NCBI GenBank assembly: GCA_030390025.1
Contig: CM059432.1
Span: forward strand, 62,808,001 to 62,872,000
From: Squalus acanthias
Lineage: Eukaryota
DNA: 64,000 nt
Direction: 5' to 3'
Shown: piece after piece, positions 1 through 13,912 of the stretch
Layout of the letters: every line of letters starts with the position of its first letter
Position numbering within the stretch: position 1 is the stretch's first letter
Notes under the pieces: generated by a model
Told to the model about the DNA's origin: nothing
What the model saw: the letters and a program-made list of their open reading frames with translations, nothing else
The model's database searches: none
Position numbers and translations under genes: made by a program

Positions 1-339
1 CAACCTTGTGGCCTGTTTTGTTGTAGACACATTGAAGTCTGCAAATCTAAGGGGGTTTGTTTATCTCTGTTGTCTATGACTACCTCCTGCAGTCACAACC
101 ATTTGTTCTGTCAGTATCTGCTTATCCGAAACACAGTTTTTGAAATATCTCCATCACAAAGCAGCTTCCAAATCCAACAGTTTCTTGTGAAAGCTCACCA
201 AATGTTTGCTGCCTTTTAGTAAAGCACATCAAAGCACATTCCATGTCCACTTATCAGTGAAAGACTGTCTGTTACATTCACAAACTTTATTTCACTTCGA
301 AAAACCTTTTGGCCTGGCAAAGCATTTCAATATATACCA

Positions 340-1090
340 AAATTAAAAATTAAGGGTCTGTGTATGCCTGCACTGTGAGCACCTCCTTCATAAAGCACAG
401 ATGTCTCACACATTGCTCTTGGCTCAGGCTGAGATAAGAGAATTGCTATTGAAAGACCCTAGATGGATAAGGCCTCCTGATGAGAGCCCTTCTCCCCCCA
501 CTCCTCCTCCCTCTGTGAGCAGCTTGTCCTCTTCTTCACTGCCTCTGCTCCATCTCCTTGTCATGCTGCAGGCCAAGGGGGATGACAACTAGAGCCCCCA
601 TGACTGGGAGCAAGTGGTCTGAGCAGAACCCTTGAAGTCAGAAGCAAGGCCTTCTCCATGTGCAGCACCACTCCCTGTCACCTCACCAACTTTAAATAAC
701 TCAGGAAAGCTCCAAACACTTACACAAACTTACACAGAACCAGTAGAAATTAATCAGCAACTAACCTTAGAGTGGTTGATGATCCCTTTAAATATCAGTG
801 GTGGGGGGTGCTTGCTGCTGCTGAACGCATGTTGCGCTGTGCGAGGTTAAGACAGGGCGTTAGCTCCAGCGTTGAGGGCAAAAATGGCAGTGCTGCCGTC
901 AAATCAGCGTTGCAGGCTGATTGACATCAGGATCTGCCCACTTTACATACTATTGATGCACATTCCTAATGCCCGCCCTACCACCCTCACGTGAAGTGCG
1001 CACGCGCGCAAGACGCAGACACCATTTTCAACACAAAACGGCACCCGTAGCGACAAAAAATTGGGCGCTACGGAGCAGAATTTCTAGCCC
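340..1090 (-). mobile_element. PIF/Harbinger transposon end with decayed 5' part of transposase
   Basis: Terminal AATTTCTAGCCC (1079-1090; rc GGGCTAGAAATT). 600-850 is the reverse-complement homologue of 37060-37340, which precedes a Harbinger transposase. Left boundary approximate. Confidence 0.65.
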
Positions 1091-2106
1091 TGACTGTCTT
1101 GTTTCTGCTGTGCTACTGTGATCATCTCAGTTCTCTTACTGATCCTTTCCTTTTCTTTCTCTGCACCTATCCATGACTACCTATGAATCCCACCATGTAC
1201 TTGCCACCACCTCCCTTTCCCAGTGTCATTTTCTTCTGCACAAGGAGGCCAGAATAAACAGTACACAATTCCTTCTCTGGCCACTTGCAGGCTGCATCTT
1301 TCTTTCCTCAGTGTGCCTACAAAATGCACCTTCCTACATGGGGGTAGGCAGAATCCAGGCACACGTACTCACCTTGACTATGTCTTCCTCTTATTTTTTT
1401 AGGAAAAAGCTGCCAACAACAGATGGCAGAGGACTGCTACTGGAGGGGGCCCTGGCAAAATCGTAGATGCCACCCAGTATGGCCATGTTTGATATTCTGT
1501 GGAAAGATATAACCCGGTGAACCCAGATCTAGTTTCCAACTATAACTTCAATGGGAGTTCACTGGAATTGTCATGGATTTTCTCAGTCCCAGTATATAGC
1601 ATGCACATCCTGTCCACAAAAATTACTTCCTGTAACTTTTTTTACATCAACATTTATAATAGAAGCTTCCTATATAAACATGTGTAATGGAAATTTTTAT
1701 GTAAACATTTTATAATGAGAAAGCCGAATATAAACATTTTACTGATAATTCAACTAACTCATTCAAAATGCTTTTTAAGGATATCATGTTATTTTACTCT
1801 CAATAACAAAAATTTCGAATGTCTAAAATACAGTTTTAAACAACATTTTAAAAATACAGATTTCGCAATAACTCCCGGCAACAATAAAAAAAATATATAA
1901 ACAAAGTAAATTTGGAAATAGCCCTGATTTTAACCTAATCCACCTGGCACGAACAGGGTGGGTTTGGGTTAGTGTCTGATTAACATCCCATCCGATTTTA
2001 CACTCCATTGAGTTCAATGCAACGAAAAATCAGGAGGTGTGGAAACTGATAGTCTGACCCGAACCCACACCTTTCTCACTGTTGGGTTAGGTTAAAATTG
2101 CAGCAT

Positions 2107-3141
2107 CGGACTGGAGGAAGGTATACAATGGTGTTCCCCAGGGGTTGTTACTAGGACCACTGCATTTCTTGATATATATCAATGACTTGGACTTGGGTGT
2201 ACAGGGCACAATTTCAAAATTTGCAGATGACACAAAACTTGGAAGTATAGTGGACAGTGAGGAGGATAGTGATAGACTTCAAGAGGACATAGGCAGGCTG
2301 GTGAAATGGGCAGACACGTGGCAGATGAAATTTAATGCAGAAAAGTACGAAGTGATACATTTTGGTAGGAAGAACGAGGAGAGGCAATATAAACTAAAGT
2401 GTACAATCCTAAAGGGGGTGCATGAACAGAGAGACCTGGGGGTATATGTGTACAAATCGTTGAAGGTGGCAGGGCAGGTTGAGAAAGTGGTTAAAAAAAG
2501 CATACGGGATCCTGGGCTTCATAAATAGAGGCATAGAGTACAAAAGCAACCTTGATGAACCTTTGTAAAACACTGGTTCGCCCTCAACTATTATGTCCAA
2601 TTCTGGGCACCGCACTTTAGGAAGGATGTGAAGGCCGTGGAAAATGTGCAGAAAAGATTTACGAGAATGATTCCAGGAATGAGGGACTTCAGTTACATGG
2701 ATAGACTAGAGAAACTGGGGTTGTTCTCCTTAGAGCAGAGAAGGTTGAGAGGAGATTTGATAGAGGTGTTCAAAATTATGAGGGATCTAGACAGAGTAGA
2801 TAGAGAGACTGTTCCCATTGGCGGAAGGATTGAGAACCAGAGGACACAGATTTAAGGTGACTGGCAGAAGAACCAAAGGTGACATGAGGAAAAACGTTTT
2901 TAACACAGTGAGTGGTTAGAATCTGGAATGCACTGCCTGAAAGGGTGGTGGAGGCAAATTCAATCGTGGCTTTCAAAAGGGAATTGGATAAGTACCTGAA
3001 GGAAAAAAATTTGCAGGGCTACAGCGAAAGGGCGGGGGAGTGGGACTAGCTGAAGTGCTCTTGCAGAGAGCCGGCACGGGCTCGACGGGCCGAATGGCCT
3101 CCTTCTGTGCTGTAACCATTCTATAATTCTATGATTCTATT
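2107..3141 (+). mobile_element. CR1 LINE 3' fragment (RT C-terminus + tail)
   Basis: ORFs with GPLHFLIYINDL, SKFADDTKL, LEQRRLRGDLIEVFK; ends in a CATTCTAT/GATTCTAT-type tail. Confidence 0.95.
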
Positions 3142-3837
3142 CTCGTTACCAGCTGCTCGATTTACCCTGCTACAATAGATAGCTGCGAGCAAAGAAATCC
3201 AGATTAGTGTACGCAGAAACCTTAACTTGGATTAGATCTATTTTATATAGTTCACTCTACCTGTGATTTGTGCAGCCCGCAGGTGAACCATGAGTGAACG
3301 TGTAATTGCTGTTGTGGGCATGCTTTTCCGCGATAACAGATTTCCCTTGATAAGATAAGGAGTCAGTTTGCTCCCTGGAATGTGACCGGCACACTCTCAT
3401 TTTAACACCAAACAAAACTCAACTTGGATTTGTTTCTTGCAATTGTGCTTTGCTGACTCTGCAAAGTCTGTCGGAGAAAAATTCAAAGCAAAGCTGCCTT
3501 TCAGCTTCAAATAGTTTTGCCTGTTCAGATGAAAGGGAGGAAGAGCTCTAAAAGCTGATGAATTGGGGAACTGTTGCTGGCATTGTCGGAACAAGCTTAT
3601 TTCGATCCAAGTCTTCCCATTTTTGCCACAGAGTTAACAGCAGAGGCATTGAAAATGAGATCTGCAGTTCAGATCAACTCAACCTATTCTTTCTCCTGAC
3701 TCTCTGAGTAGGTAGGATCTACATGACAGGTGCACAATGTATCTTCCCCATGCCGAAGAGGTGGGACAGGGTTTTTCCTGCTACTTTTATTCAAAGATAA
3801 AATGAATGCATGAGGACTGCAAAAGAGCAGCAATATG

Positions 3838-5500
3838 TCACCACCAAACACATCTTCCCCTCCCCTTTCAGCATTCTGAAGGGACCGCTCCCTCTACAAC
3901 ACCCTGGTCCACTCTTCAATCACCCCCAACACCCACTCCGCGTCCCACAGCACCTTCCCATGAAAGATCAGGAGATGCAACACCTGCCCTTTCACCTCCT
4001 CCCTTCCCACCATCCAGGGCCCCAAATACTCCTTGCAGGTGAAACAACATGGGCGATTTTGTCAATGGGGGCACGTTGGAGGCGGGACTGCTGCTTGGCG
4101 GGTCGATGTCCCGCCTCCATCGATTTGTGGGCAACCCATGCTATTTTTCCTTGATTGACCTTGTTAAGCCCGCCCAGCGGGCTTAGCAGGCCAATTAGGG
4201 AAAGCTGGTTGCAGAGAATGTCAATGTATGATGTTTCATCTGTCAAAAATTTTTGACAGATGAATTGTCATCATTTGACAGCTCTGTGAAGCTGTCAAAC
4301 ATTGACATTCTCTGTAGTTTGATGAGGTCTTGAATTCAAGACCTCATCAAACTTCTTTCTTTTACAGAAATGAGATGGTTGTTGCATCTGAGAATGCAAC
4401 GGCCATCTGTCATCTGCAACACGGAGGTCCGAGACTCTCCGCATACCCACTGATTGAAGCCTGCAGGAAGAAACAAAGGTAAGTACACTTTTACTAACAC
4501 TTTGCACTTACCTCAGATACTCACCTCTCCACTCTTGCACCCATCACTCACCTCCACAGCACACTTTTGCAACCCCCCGAACCCCGCAGACCCAGTACTC
4601 GCCTCACTGACCTGGCGGGTTTTGGAGCCTTCGGGAAGCCCGCACTTGTGAGGGCAAATTGGGGATAATCCTATTTTCTGCCTGTTAACTACCTGTTAAC
4701 AGGCAGTTAATAGGCTTTAATCCCGTCCCGTCCCGTCTCCAAGGAGACGGGATCCGGCGCAGGATGGCTACCCACCTCCTGGCAAGATGGCATGGAGGCG
4801 GGTTGGGGGCGGGTTGGGCACCCACCCCCAAATTCTACCATTTTCCCGGCAGTCCCGCCTCCATACCCGCCTCCCCAGGGCTGGCAAAATTGCCCCCAAC
4901 GATTTACTTGAACTTCTTTCAATTTAGTATACTGTATTCTCTGCTCACGATGCAGTGTCCTCTACATTGGGGAGACCAAATGCAGATTGGGTGATTGCTT
5001 TGCGGAACACCTCCATTCAGTCCGCAAGCATGACCCTGAGCTTCCGGTCGCCTGTCATTTTAATTCTCCATCCCGCTCCCACTCTGACCTCTCTGTCCCT
5101 GGCCTCCTACACTTTTCCAATGAAGCTCAAAGGAAGCTTGAGGAACAGCACCTCATTGTTACAATCTTCTGGACTCAACATCGAGTTCAACAATTTCAGA
5201 TACTAACCACTGCTCCCATTTTTTCGGACAGCAGGTGCTGGTAATGGTTCTGCCGTTGCCATTTACAGTTCCTCTAAACCCATCTTTTGTTTCTTAACTT
5301 GTCCCATTACCTCTCCCCTTTTGCCATGCACCATCATCCCTTTTGTCATTTAAGCACTCCTGCCTTCCACCCTATCACAGACCTTCCCTTTTGTTCTTTC
5401 CTCCCCTCCCCCATTTCCCTGCCTCTGTACTTGCTTAAAACCTGTTACATCTCTAACTTTTTCCATTTCTGATGTAAGGTCATCGACCTGAAACGTTAAC
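3838..5500 (+). mobile_element. Penelope-like element 3' fragment (GIY-YIG endonuclease remnant + terminal region), interrupted by a MITE
   Basis: Translates LYIGETK.RLGDCFAEHL..VRKHDPELPVACHFNS..KLEEQHLI (4960-5160). Ends in a hammerhead-like CTGATGTAAGGTCATCGACCTGAAAC. Confidence 0.85.
4049..4897. mobile_element. Non-autonomous Harbinger-type element (MITE), 849 bp
   Basis: Imperfect TIRs ATGGGCGATTTTG / CAAAATTGCCCCC with a 3-bp TSD AAC. Removing it restores a continuous Penelope sequence CAGGTGAAACAACGATTTACTTG. Confidence 0.8.
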
Positions 5501-5503
5501 TTT

Positions 5504-6563
5504 GACCAGAATTTTCTTTATCTCGACGGGTCCGGTGCGGGCGGTGGCCATGTCGGGTCTCAACCCCGCTGCTGGCTCCATCCCGCTGTTGAAAATTAAC
5601 TTACCTTAATAGGGCCTATTTAGCCTGCCCAGTGCGTTGCCTGGCCCAATGAGATGGAGCGGGTCTGGTGACGTCATTCATGACGTGTTTTCAGCCGGAT
5701 CTTTAAAGGGACGATGGCCACATTACATTTGAAGTTTAATCTAACATAGTGCTGTCAGTGCACTACAGCATTGGAGTGCTGCAAACACTGACAATCACTG
5801 CACAGAGGCAGAGGGCTGCACCCAGGTTCTCTGATGACTCTCTCCATATGCTTAAGGAGGGAGTCAGAGCACGCAGGGAGGTCCTCTTCCCTTCCGATAG
5901 GCAGAAGAGACCTCCCCAGGAGATCAACACAGCCTGGTTGCATATTGCAGAGGAAGTCACAAGCAGGAATGTGGTCAGGAGGACCTGGGTGCAGTACCGC
6001 AAACGCTTCAATGATCTCATTAGATCAGGAAACGTTAGTACAAAGCCACACTCAACTGCATCCTGCTGTGCCTCTCATCACATCTCCATCACTCTGCCTT
6101 CCCTACCCTACTCCTGCACATCCTTACTCACACCAACTTATCTTGTACCTCTACCCATCCCTCTCTCTCTATCTACATTATCACATCCCCATCTCACTAG
6201 CCAACCCTCACACTCACCCTCATCCTAGTGCAATCATACCAACTAACAGCACACAAGGGTAGGCACTTGGGTGTTTTATCCAATGTTTATGTAAAATTTC
6301 TATTAATGTGGTGTCAAACATAAAAATCTTTATTTTCAACCCTTTCCGGTCTTGAACAGATTTGTGTGCATCTTTGGAAGTGGCTTAGTGAGTTGCAGTG
6401 AATGGTGAGACATAACGGTACCCCCCCCGCAATGGTGATGAGTGTGCAAGGAATGGCTTGGTCATTGTAGGGATGCTTTATGGTGTTGGTGTTGGGTGGT
6501 GCCAACCTGGCGCATCATGCATCAGCCAGGGTGTACAGTGTAAAGTTAACTAAATCTGGCCAT
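5504..6563 (+). mobile_element. Truncated Harbinger derivative carrying a Myb/SANT exon-1 remnant
   Basis: ORF 5749-6228 (APRFSDDSL..AWLHIAEEVTSRNVVRRTWVQYRKRFNDL) is Myb/SANT-like. Closely similar to 22889-23932. Confidence 0.8.
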
Positions 6564-7451
6564 GCTGACTGTTGAGATTTGGATCTGTGGCTAATATTGG
6601 CCCTTCAGAACCTCACCCAAGTAGCCAATCTTCATGTGTGAGGCCAGGTGGTAAATACCTGTCAGAGGTCTACTGAGTGCTGGGGGCGTAGAGATGAGCC
6701 CGATCTTATCTTCCCCCAATGTCCGCATGCATGCATTCCAGCAGGAATCACTGAATGGTGATCATAATAGTTCAGGGACACTGAGGTACAATGGTACTGC
6801 CCAACTACTAACCAGCTGAGAGATTTTGTTTTTCAAATTTTATATAAGTAAAGTCACTTCTGTTCTGCATTGTAATTCTTCCCTTTAACAATAACCAGGA
6901 TTATATTTCATATGGAACAATAATTTCATAGGTATTTATCCGGACTAAAACCATTTCACATTTTGGGAGTCCTCAGTATGTTTGAAAGCCCAGAGAAATA
7001 TGCTTTGACAATGATGCGAGGTGTGTAGTTTCAGTAATTAGTAATTAGCATTTTTCATAAATGGAATGCTGAGGAAAGATTGCCATCTCCAACCTTTTCC
7101 TCTTATTCTGTAAATCAGTGTAAAGTATTAGCTGAGGACAAACTGAAGGAAATATACTGGGAAGAGAAAGTGGATCCTAATGTACTATTAAAACAGGAAT
7201 TCTACCTGAGAAATGGGAAATGAGTTTGGCCTGGGCTCAGGGTGATAAGTACGTTCTTGTATTGGATGTGAAAGTATTCTAAGTTACAGAGGCTGCATCC
7301 AGTCTATCCCCATCAATGCAAACATTTAGTTAAATTCTGAAGGAAATACCAATTCTACAGGATAATCTATATAAATCATAAAGAATCTAATAAAACAAAT
7401 AAAAAAGGTTCATACTTTTCTTTTGTGAAAGAGATTGTAGGCCTTCAGTTC

Positions 7452-10275
7452 AACAACACCAACAACAACAACTTACATTTATATAACACCTTTAACGTAG
7501 TAAAACGTCCTAAGGCGCTTCACAAGAGCATTATCAAAAAAAAATTGACACCGAGCCTCATAGGCAGATATTAGGACAAATGACCAAAAGCTTGGTCAAA
7601 GAGGTAGGTTTTAAGGAACATTTTAAAGGAGGAGAGAGAGGTAGAGAGGCGGAGAGGTTTAGGGAGGGAATTCCAGAGCTCAGGGCCTAGGCAGCTGAAG
7701 GCACGGCTGCCATTGGTGGTGTGATTAAAATCGGGAATGCGCAAGAGGCCAGAATTGGAGGAGCACAGAGACCTTGAAAGCTTGTAGAGTTGGAGGAGAT
7801 TACAGAGAAAAGGAGGGGCGAGGCCATGGAGTGATTTGAAAATAAGGATGAGAATTTTAAAATCGAGGTGTTGCCGGTCCGGGAGATGATGTAAGTTAGC
7901 AAGCACAGGGGGTGATGGGTGAGTGGGACTTGGTGCGAGTTAGGATATGGGCAGCAGAGTTTTGGATGAGCTCAAATTTATGGAGGGTGGAAGATGGGAG
8001 GCCGGCCAGGAGAGCTTTGGAATAGTCAAGTCTAGTGGTAACAAAGGCATGGATGAGGGTTTCTGTAGTAGATGAGCTGAGGCAGGAGCGGAGTTGGGCG
8101 ATGTTATGGAGGTGAAAGTAGGCACTCTTGGCGATGAAGTGGATATGTGGTCCGAAGTTCATCTCGGGGTCAAATATGACACCAAGGTTGAGAACGGTCA
8201 CGTTCAGCCTCAGACAGTTGCCTGGGAGAAGGATTAAGTCAGTGGCTAATGAATGGAGTTTGTGATGGGGACCGAAGACAATGGTCCTGGATGTCGGACA
8301 AGCAGTGTGACAATTTAGAGACAATGGAGGGGTCGGGAGAGATGGTGGTGAGGTAGAGCTGGGTGCTGTCAGTGTGCGTGTGGAAACTGATCCAGTGTTT
8401 TCGGATGATGTCGCCGAGGGGCAGCGTGTAGATTTTTAAAAATTTGTTTATGGGATGTGGGCATCGCTGGCAAGGCCAGCATTTATTGCCCATCCCTAAT
8501 TGCCCTTGAGAAGGTGGTGGTGAGCCACCTTCTTGAACTGCTGCAGTCCGTGTAGCGAAGGTACTCCCACAGTGCTGTTGGGTAGGGAGTTCCAGGATTT
8601 TGACCCAGCGACGATGAAGGATCGGCGATATATTTCCAAGTCAGGATGGTGTGTGACTTGGAGGGGAACTTGGAGGTGGTGGTGTTCCCATACGCCTGCT
8701 GCCCTTGTCCTTCTAGGTGGAAGAGGTCACGGGTTTGGGAGGTGCTGTTGAAGAAGCCTTGGCGAGTTGCTGCAGTGCATCTTGTAGATGGTACACACTG
8801 TAGCCACGGTACGCCAGGTGGTGGAGGAAGTGAATGTTTAATGTGGTGGATGGGGTGCCAATCAAGCTGGCTGCTTTGTTCTGGATGGGAAATAGGAGGG
8901 GGCCAGGGATATATCCTTTGGGGACACCAGAAGTAACAGTGCGGGAGTGCAAACAGAAGCCATTGCAGGTGGTTCTCTGGGTATTACTGGATAGATAAGA
9001 ATGAAACCAGGCGAGGGGAGTCCCACCCAGCTGGATGATGCAGGACAGGTTGGTGGGATGGTGTGGTCAACCGTGTCGAAGGCTGAAGACAGGTCAAGAA
9101 GAATAAGGAGCGATAGTTTACCTTTGTCACAGCCACATAGGATGTCATTTGTGACATTGATAAGGACCGTTTCAATACTATGGTGGGGGCGGAAACCTGA
9201 CTGGAGGGATTCAAACATGGAGTTGCGGAAAGATGAGCACGAATTTGGGAAGCGACAACATGTTCAAGGACTTTGGAGAGGAAATGGAGGTTGGAGATGA
9301 GGCAAGGACAGAGGGGTCAAGGGTAGGGTTTTTGAGGAGAGGGGTGATGATGGCAGATTTGAAGGGGAGGGGGACAGTACCTGAGGAGAGGGAAGTTCCG
9401 CACAGTGGAAGGTTGAAATTGCATGAGTTCTTCGCACTTGTTGTTGGAGGTAAGTGTGGAGGAAGCAGGAGGGCTTTAAGAAGATGGTTTGTAATGGAGA
9501 AGAGAAGCTGGGAGTTATCTTTGCATTCCAGGTTGATCCTGGAATAGTGAGCACTTTTGGCAGAAGAGAGCAGGGCCCGATAGTGCTTTATGTGGTCCAG
9601 CCAGATCTGGCGATGAATGGTTAAGCCAGTTGTCCGCTATAGACGTTCAAGTCTGCATCCCTTGGACTTAAGGGGGCGGAGATGAGGGCCATATCAAGGG
9701 GAACGACCAGGGTGAGAGAGAGTAATGGTTTTAATGGGGACTAGGGCATCAAAGGTGGAAGTGAGGCTGTTATTGAGCAGTTCGGTAGCTGCAGAAATGT
9801 TATGATGAATGGAGGGCCAAAGGCTAGACTGTTGGGAATTTGAAAGTGCAGTTGTAAGTGACTTGGGGGAGAGTTTTTCTGGAAGGAAGTGATGTCGGGA
9901 GGGGGAAGGAGAATGTGGGTGGAGAGGGATACAAGGAAGTGATCAGAGATGACTTTATGTGTGATTGACAAGATGGGAGTAGAGAGGGCACGTGAGATGG
10001 TGCTGTCGAGGGGGTGGCCATGAACATGGGTAGGGGGTCTTCATATGGAGAGAGAGATTTAGGGAGGATAGGAGGTCAGTGAACTCAGAGGAGAGAGAGT
10101 TGAGATGGAGGTTGAAATCACCAAGGATGAAAAGTTGCTCGGTGCAGAGGCTGTGGGAGGAAAGCAGTGAAGATATCTCGGTGAGAAACTTGGCATGGTA
10201 CTTGGGTGCACGGTAGAGAACGAAGATTTTAAATGAGAGGTGAGAGTGGTGGAACAAGCTGAGATGCTCAGTGTC
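7452..10275 (-). mobile_element. L2-type LINE, decayed (EN-RT remnants)
   Basis: Minus-strand fragments ILGDFNLH, QSGFRPHHSIET, LLDLSSAFDTVDH, TLIHAFVTTRLDY, FKMFLKTYLF. L2-like 3' tail with (AAC)n at ~7452. Confidence 0.9.
8434..8887 (-). mobile_element. 3' end of a different LINE nested in the L2
   Basis: IQNKAASLIGTPSTTLNIH..LHH remnant. The L2 sequence rejoins across it (GTGTAGAT|GGGAAATAGG). The same tail recurs on + at ~15947-16062. Confidence 0.7.
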
Positions 10276-12179
10276 AGCAAGAAAGGAGTTTATCAGGTAA
10301 GATCCAAGTTTGAGGGTAAATGAACAATGGTGCTGTAACAAGGTCTCAGAAACTAGCACTTCAAACCTGTGACCATATTGAAACAGTTGGTATCCTTTCA
10401 AAGGGAGGTCTATGTGGCTTTTAATAATAATATGAAATGAGCATTTATGGACTGGGTGTATCTAATGTCTGCTAAGATGGTTTATAATGACAGCTTCTAT
10501 CCACCATGTTACAAAGGGAGTAAAATTGGATTCTGACTGCATGGTATGAAATATGAGTGAGAATTCCACCAGTCTGACTCCAATTAATTTTTTATTGCTG
10601 CAAGTTTAAATGTGACAGCAGGAAATAAGAACGCTTGGTCTGAAGTTACATCAGAACACACAAACCTATGTTTTTTTACATGGGACAGTCATTGTGAAAA
10701 GCTCTGAAGGAGCCTTAGCCCTTTAAGCCTCATTCAGAAATTGTGATAGAGGCTCCCCAAAAGTTTCAAAGTTTGTAAAGCTTCTGGCTGTGGACCTTCC
10801 CCCATATTAGTGGAAAGTCAGCAGAAAAATTGCATTGCAGGCCTACAGGGATAGACTGAGTATTCAGGCTGCCTGCAACCAGAAGAAAGTGGTGGCTATG
10901 GATTCCAGTACCACTGGTGGGATCGGTGCTGTTTACTGCCCACCTTGCTTTACCTCCAGCAATGCAGGGAGATAATTGCCTCCAGGACTGGCCTTCTGGA
11001 GGCTCCAGTGCTGTTGATTTATATTATAGTGGTAGTACCAGGGGTGGAGCTGTAATGTAAATAAAGTGTAAAGTTTACAGTGGAAATGATACAGTCATCG
11101 AAGGACCCTGGGTTAATGACACATGACTGATTTTATTAATTCAGCTTCCTGAAGCAAGTGGGTTCGGTAACGTTTAGGCAATTACTCTCATGATGTCATC
11201 AGCATTCATTATTTAAATAAAATTTAATGAGTAAAGGAGGAACATTAGCATTAAACATAATGATATAAGCATTCTGTGGTGGGCAGAAATGGTACAAAGA
11301 CACCATGAAAAACAACCTCAAGGCACGTAATGTGGCTGTTAGAAATTCGGGTCTGCCTTAGATTCTGTCTCAGATTCAGTGGCGTCAGTCACTCAAAAAC
11401 ATTGAGAACGCCTTACTTTATGGAAGTTGCACTGCCTTATATCTACTTGCAACATAGTACAACCCAGGGATCTGACAATTTGTGATCGGGACTGAATGTG
11501 TCCTTTGCATGAATGCTTCGTCAGTCAGGATAGGTTAATAGAGATCCACATGTTGGAAGTCATTTTTTTTTTAAACGAGAGCTGCAGAAACCTAATCCAG
11601 ATTCATAAAGTCAGAAGCACTGGAGGAACAGAAGAAGGCATTTTATTTATGTTAAGTAAGACACCCCACTGATATGAGGAAGTATAGCATGTTCTTTATT
11701 TTGTATCATTATCTGAAGATAAATTGTACTGTTTGAACTGAGTGAGTCCAGTCATGACTGCTGTTCTGTGTGTTCACCTTACTGTGAAATTAAGGACCTT
11801 ATTTATTCGTATCAGGGCTCATCTCACCAAGTTTTTGCTCAGCCCACCTTCAGACAGAATGAAGAAGCATTCATGCAAAGGACTCATATATTCAGTCTGG
11901 ATCACAAGGAGATTATATTGTTATATTGTTTAATAATTCAGAACAAGTAAATTCTGTGAAACAGTTCTTGCCCTCCACAAACTCACTCTGCAAAAGTATT
12001 AAACAAAAAAAACATATGCCAAACTGGCCAGAAACCTGGCCAAAGCACCCTAGCAGCCTAAAACAACTAACCAGAGTCTTACATTGACGAACGTGAGGTT
12101 CCCTTTAAAGCTTTTGAAAGCTGCTTACCGATTCTTCCCACTATGATTGGCAGGAAGGGCTTCATGACTGAAACAGTGG

Positions 12180-12580
12180 AAAATTGGGAAATACCTATAC
12201 TCCCTGAGTGGTGTTGAACTAGCTATGGGTGATGTCAAAAGAGACTGTGGAGTCTCAGTAGACACGATGCACAACATGTCCAGCCAATGCAGAGCAGCAA
12301 TCAACAAAGCCAATAGACTGATGAACTTCATGACTGAATTAGTAGAATACAAGTCAGAGGAAGTTGTGATCAAATTGTACAGTGCTCTGGTCAGACCACA
12401 CCTGGAATACCATGATCAGTTCTGACAAACAAAGGCGACAATTCTGGAGACAGTGCAGAGAAGAGCCATTAGGCTGATCTCACGTGTCAGGAGCCTAAGT
12501 TATGAGTAAAGACTGGAGCGATTTGGGCTTTTCAGTCTGGAAAGGAGGTATATGAGAGATGATCTTATATAAGATAGTGG
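12180..12580 (+). mobile_element. Old CR1 fragment
   Basis: KANRLMNF..EYKSEEVVIKLYSALVRPHLEY motif. Confidence 0.8.
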
Positions 12581-12724
12581 GGAAAAGAGGGAGAAAGCAT
12601 GTCTCGCTCGCTGGGTGGAGGGATGGTTTCTGACGGGTTTGACAGGCCCACTTTATAAAAAATTTATTCTCTGACTCACCACGAGCACCGTCGGTGAGAT
12701 CCATTCCAATTATAATAAGGTTAA

Positions 12725-13912
12725 ATCATAGAATCATAGAAATTTGCAGCACAGAAGGAGGCCTTCGGCCCATCTTGTCCGCGCCGGCTGACAAAGAGCT
12801 ATCCACCCTAATCCCACTTTCCAGCACTTGGTCCATACCCTTGTAGGTTATGGCACTTCAAGTGAATATCCAAGTACTTTTTAAATGTGATGAGCGTCTC
12901 TGCCTCTACCACCCTTTCAGGCAGTGAGTTCCAGACCCCCACCACCCTCTGGGTGAAACATTTCTCCTCAACTCCCCTCTCATCCTCTGACCAATTACTT
13001 TAAATCTATGCCCCCTGGTTATTGACCCTTCTGCTAAGGGAAATAGGTCCTTCCTATCCACTCTATCTAGGCCCCTCATAATTTTATACACCTCAATTAG
13101 GTCTCCCCTCAGCCTCCTCTGTTGCAAAGAAAACAATCCCAGCCTATCCAATCTTTCCTCATAGCTAAAATTCCCCAGCCCAGGCAATATCCTCGTAAAT
13201 CTCCTCTGTACCCCCTCTAGTGCAATCACATCCTTCCTGTAATGTGGTGACCAGAACTGTACTCAGTACTCTAGCTGAGGCCTAACTAGTGTTTTATACA
13301 GTTCAAGCATAACCTCCCTACTCTTATATTCTATGCCTCGGCTAATAAAGGCAAGTATCCCGTATGCCTTCTTAACCACCTTATCTACCTGTCCTGCTAC
13401 CTTCTGGGATCTGTGGACATGCACTCCAAGGTCCCTTTGATCTTCTGTACTTCTCAGTGTCCTAGCATTTATAGTGTATTCCCTTGCCTTGTTAGCCCTC
13501 CCCAAATGCATTACCTCACACTTCTCCGGATTGAATTCCATTTGCCACTATTCTGCCCACCTGACCAGTCCATTGATATCTTCCTGCAGTCTACAGCCTT
13601 CTTCTTCATTATCAACCACATGGCCAGTTTTTGTATCATCTGCAAACTTCTTAATCATACTTCCTACATTCAAGTCCAAATCATTGATATATACCACAAA
13701 AGGCAGAGGACCCAGTACTGAGCCCTGCAGAACCCCACTGGAAACAGCCTTCCAGTCACAAAAACACTCTTCGGCCATTACCCTTTGTTTCCTGCCTCTG
13801 AGCTAATTTTGGATCCAACTTGCCACTTTGCCCTGGATCCCATGGGTTTTTACTTTCGCGACCAGTCTGCCATGCGGGACCTTATCAAAAGCCTTGCTAA
13901 AATCCATATAGA
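12725..13912 (-). mobile_element. CR1 LINE 3' fragment
   Basis: SGVLQGSVLGP, KFADDTK, LVRPQLEY, RRLRGDLIEVYK. ATCATAGAATCATAGA tail at the left end. Confidence 0.95.
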
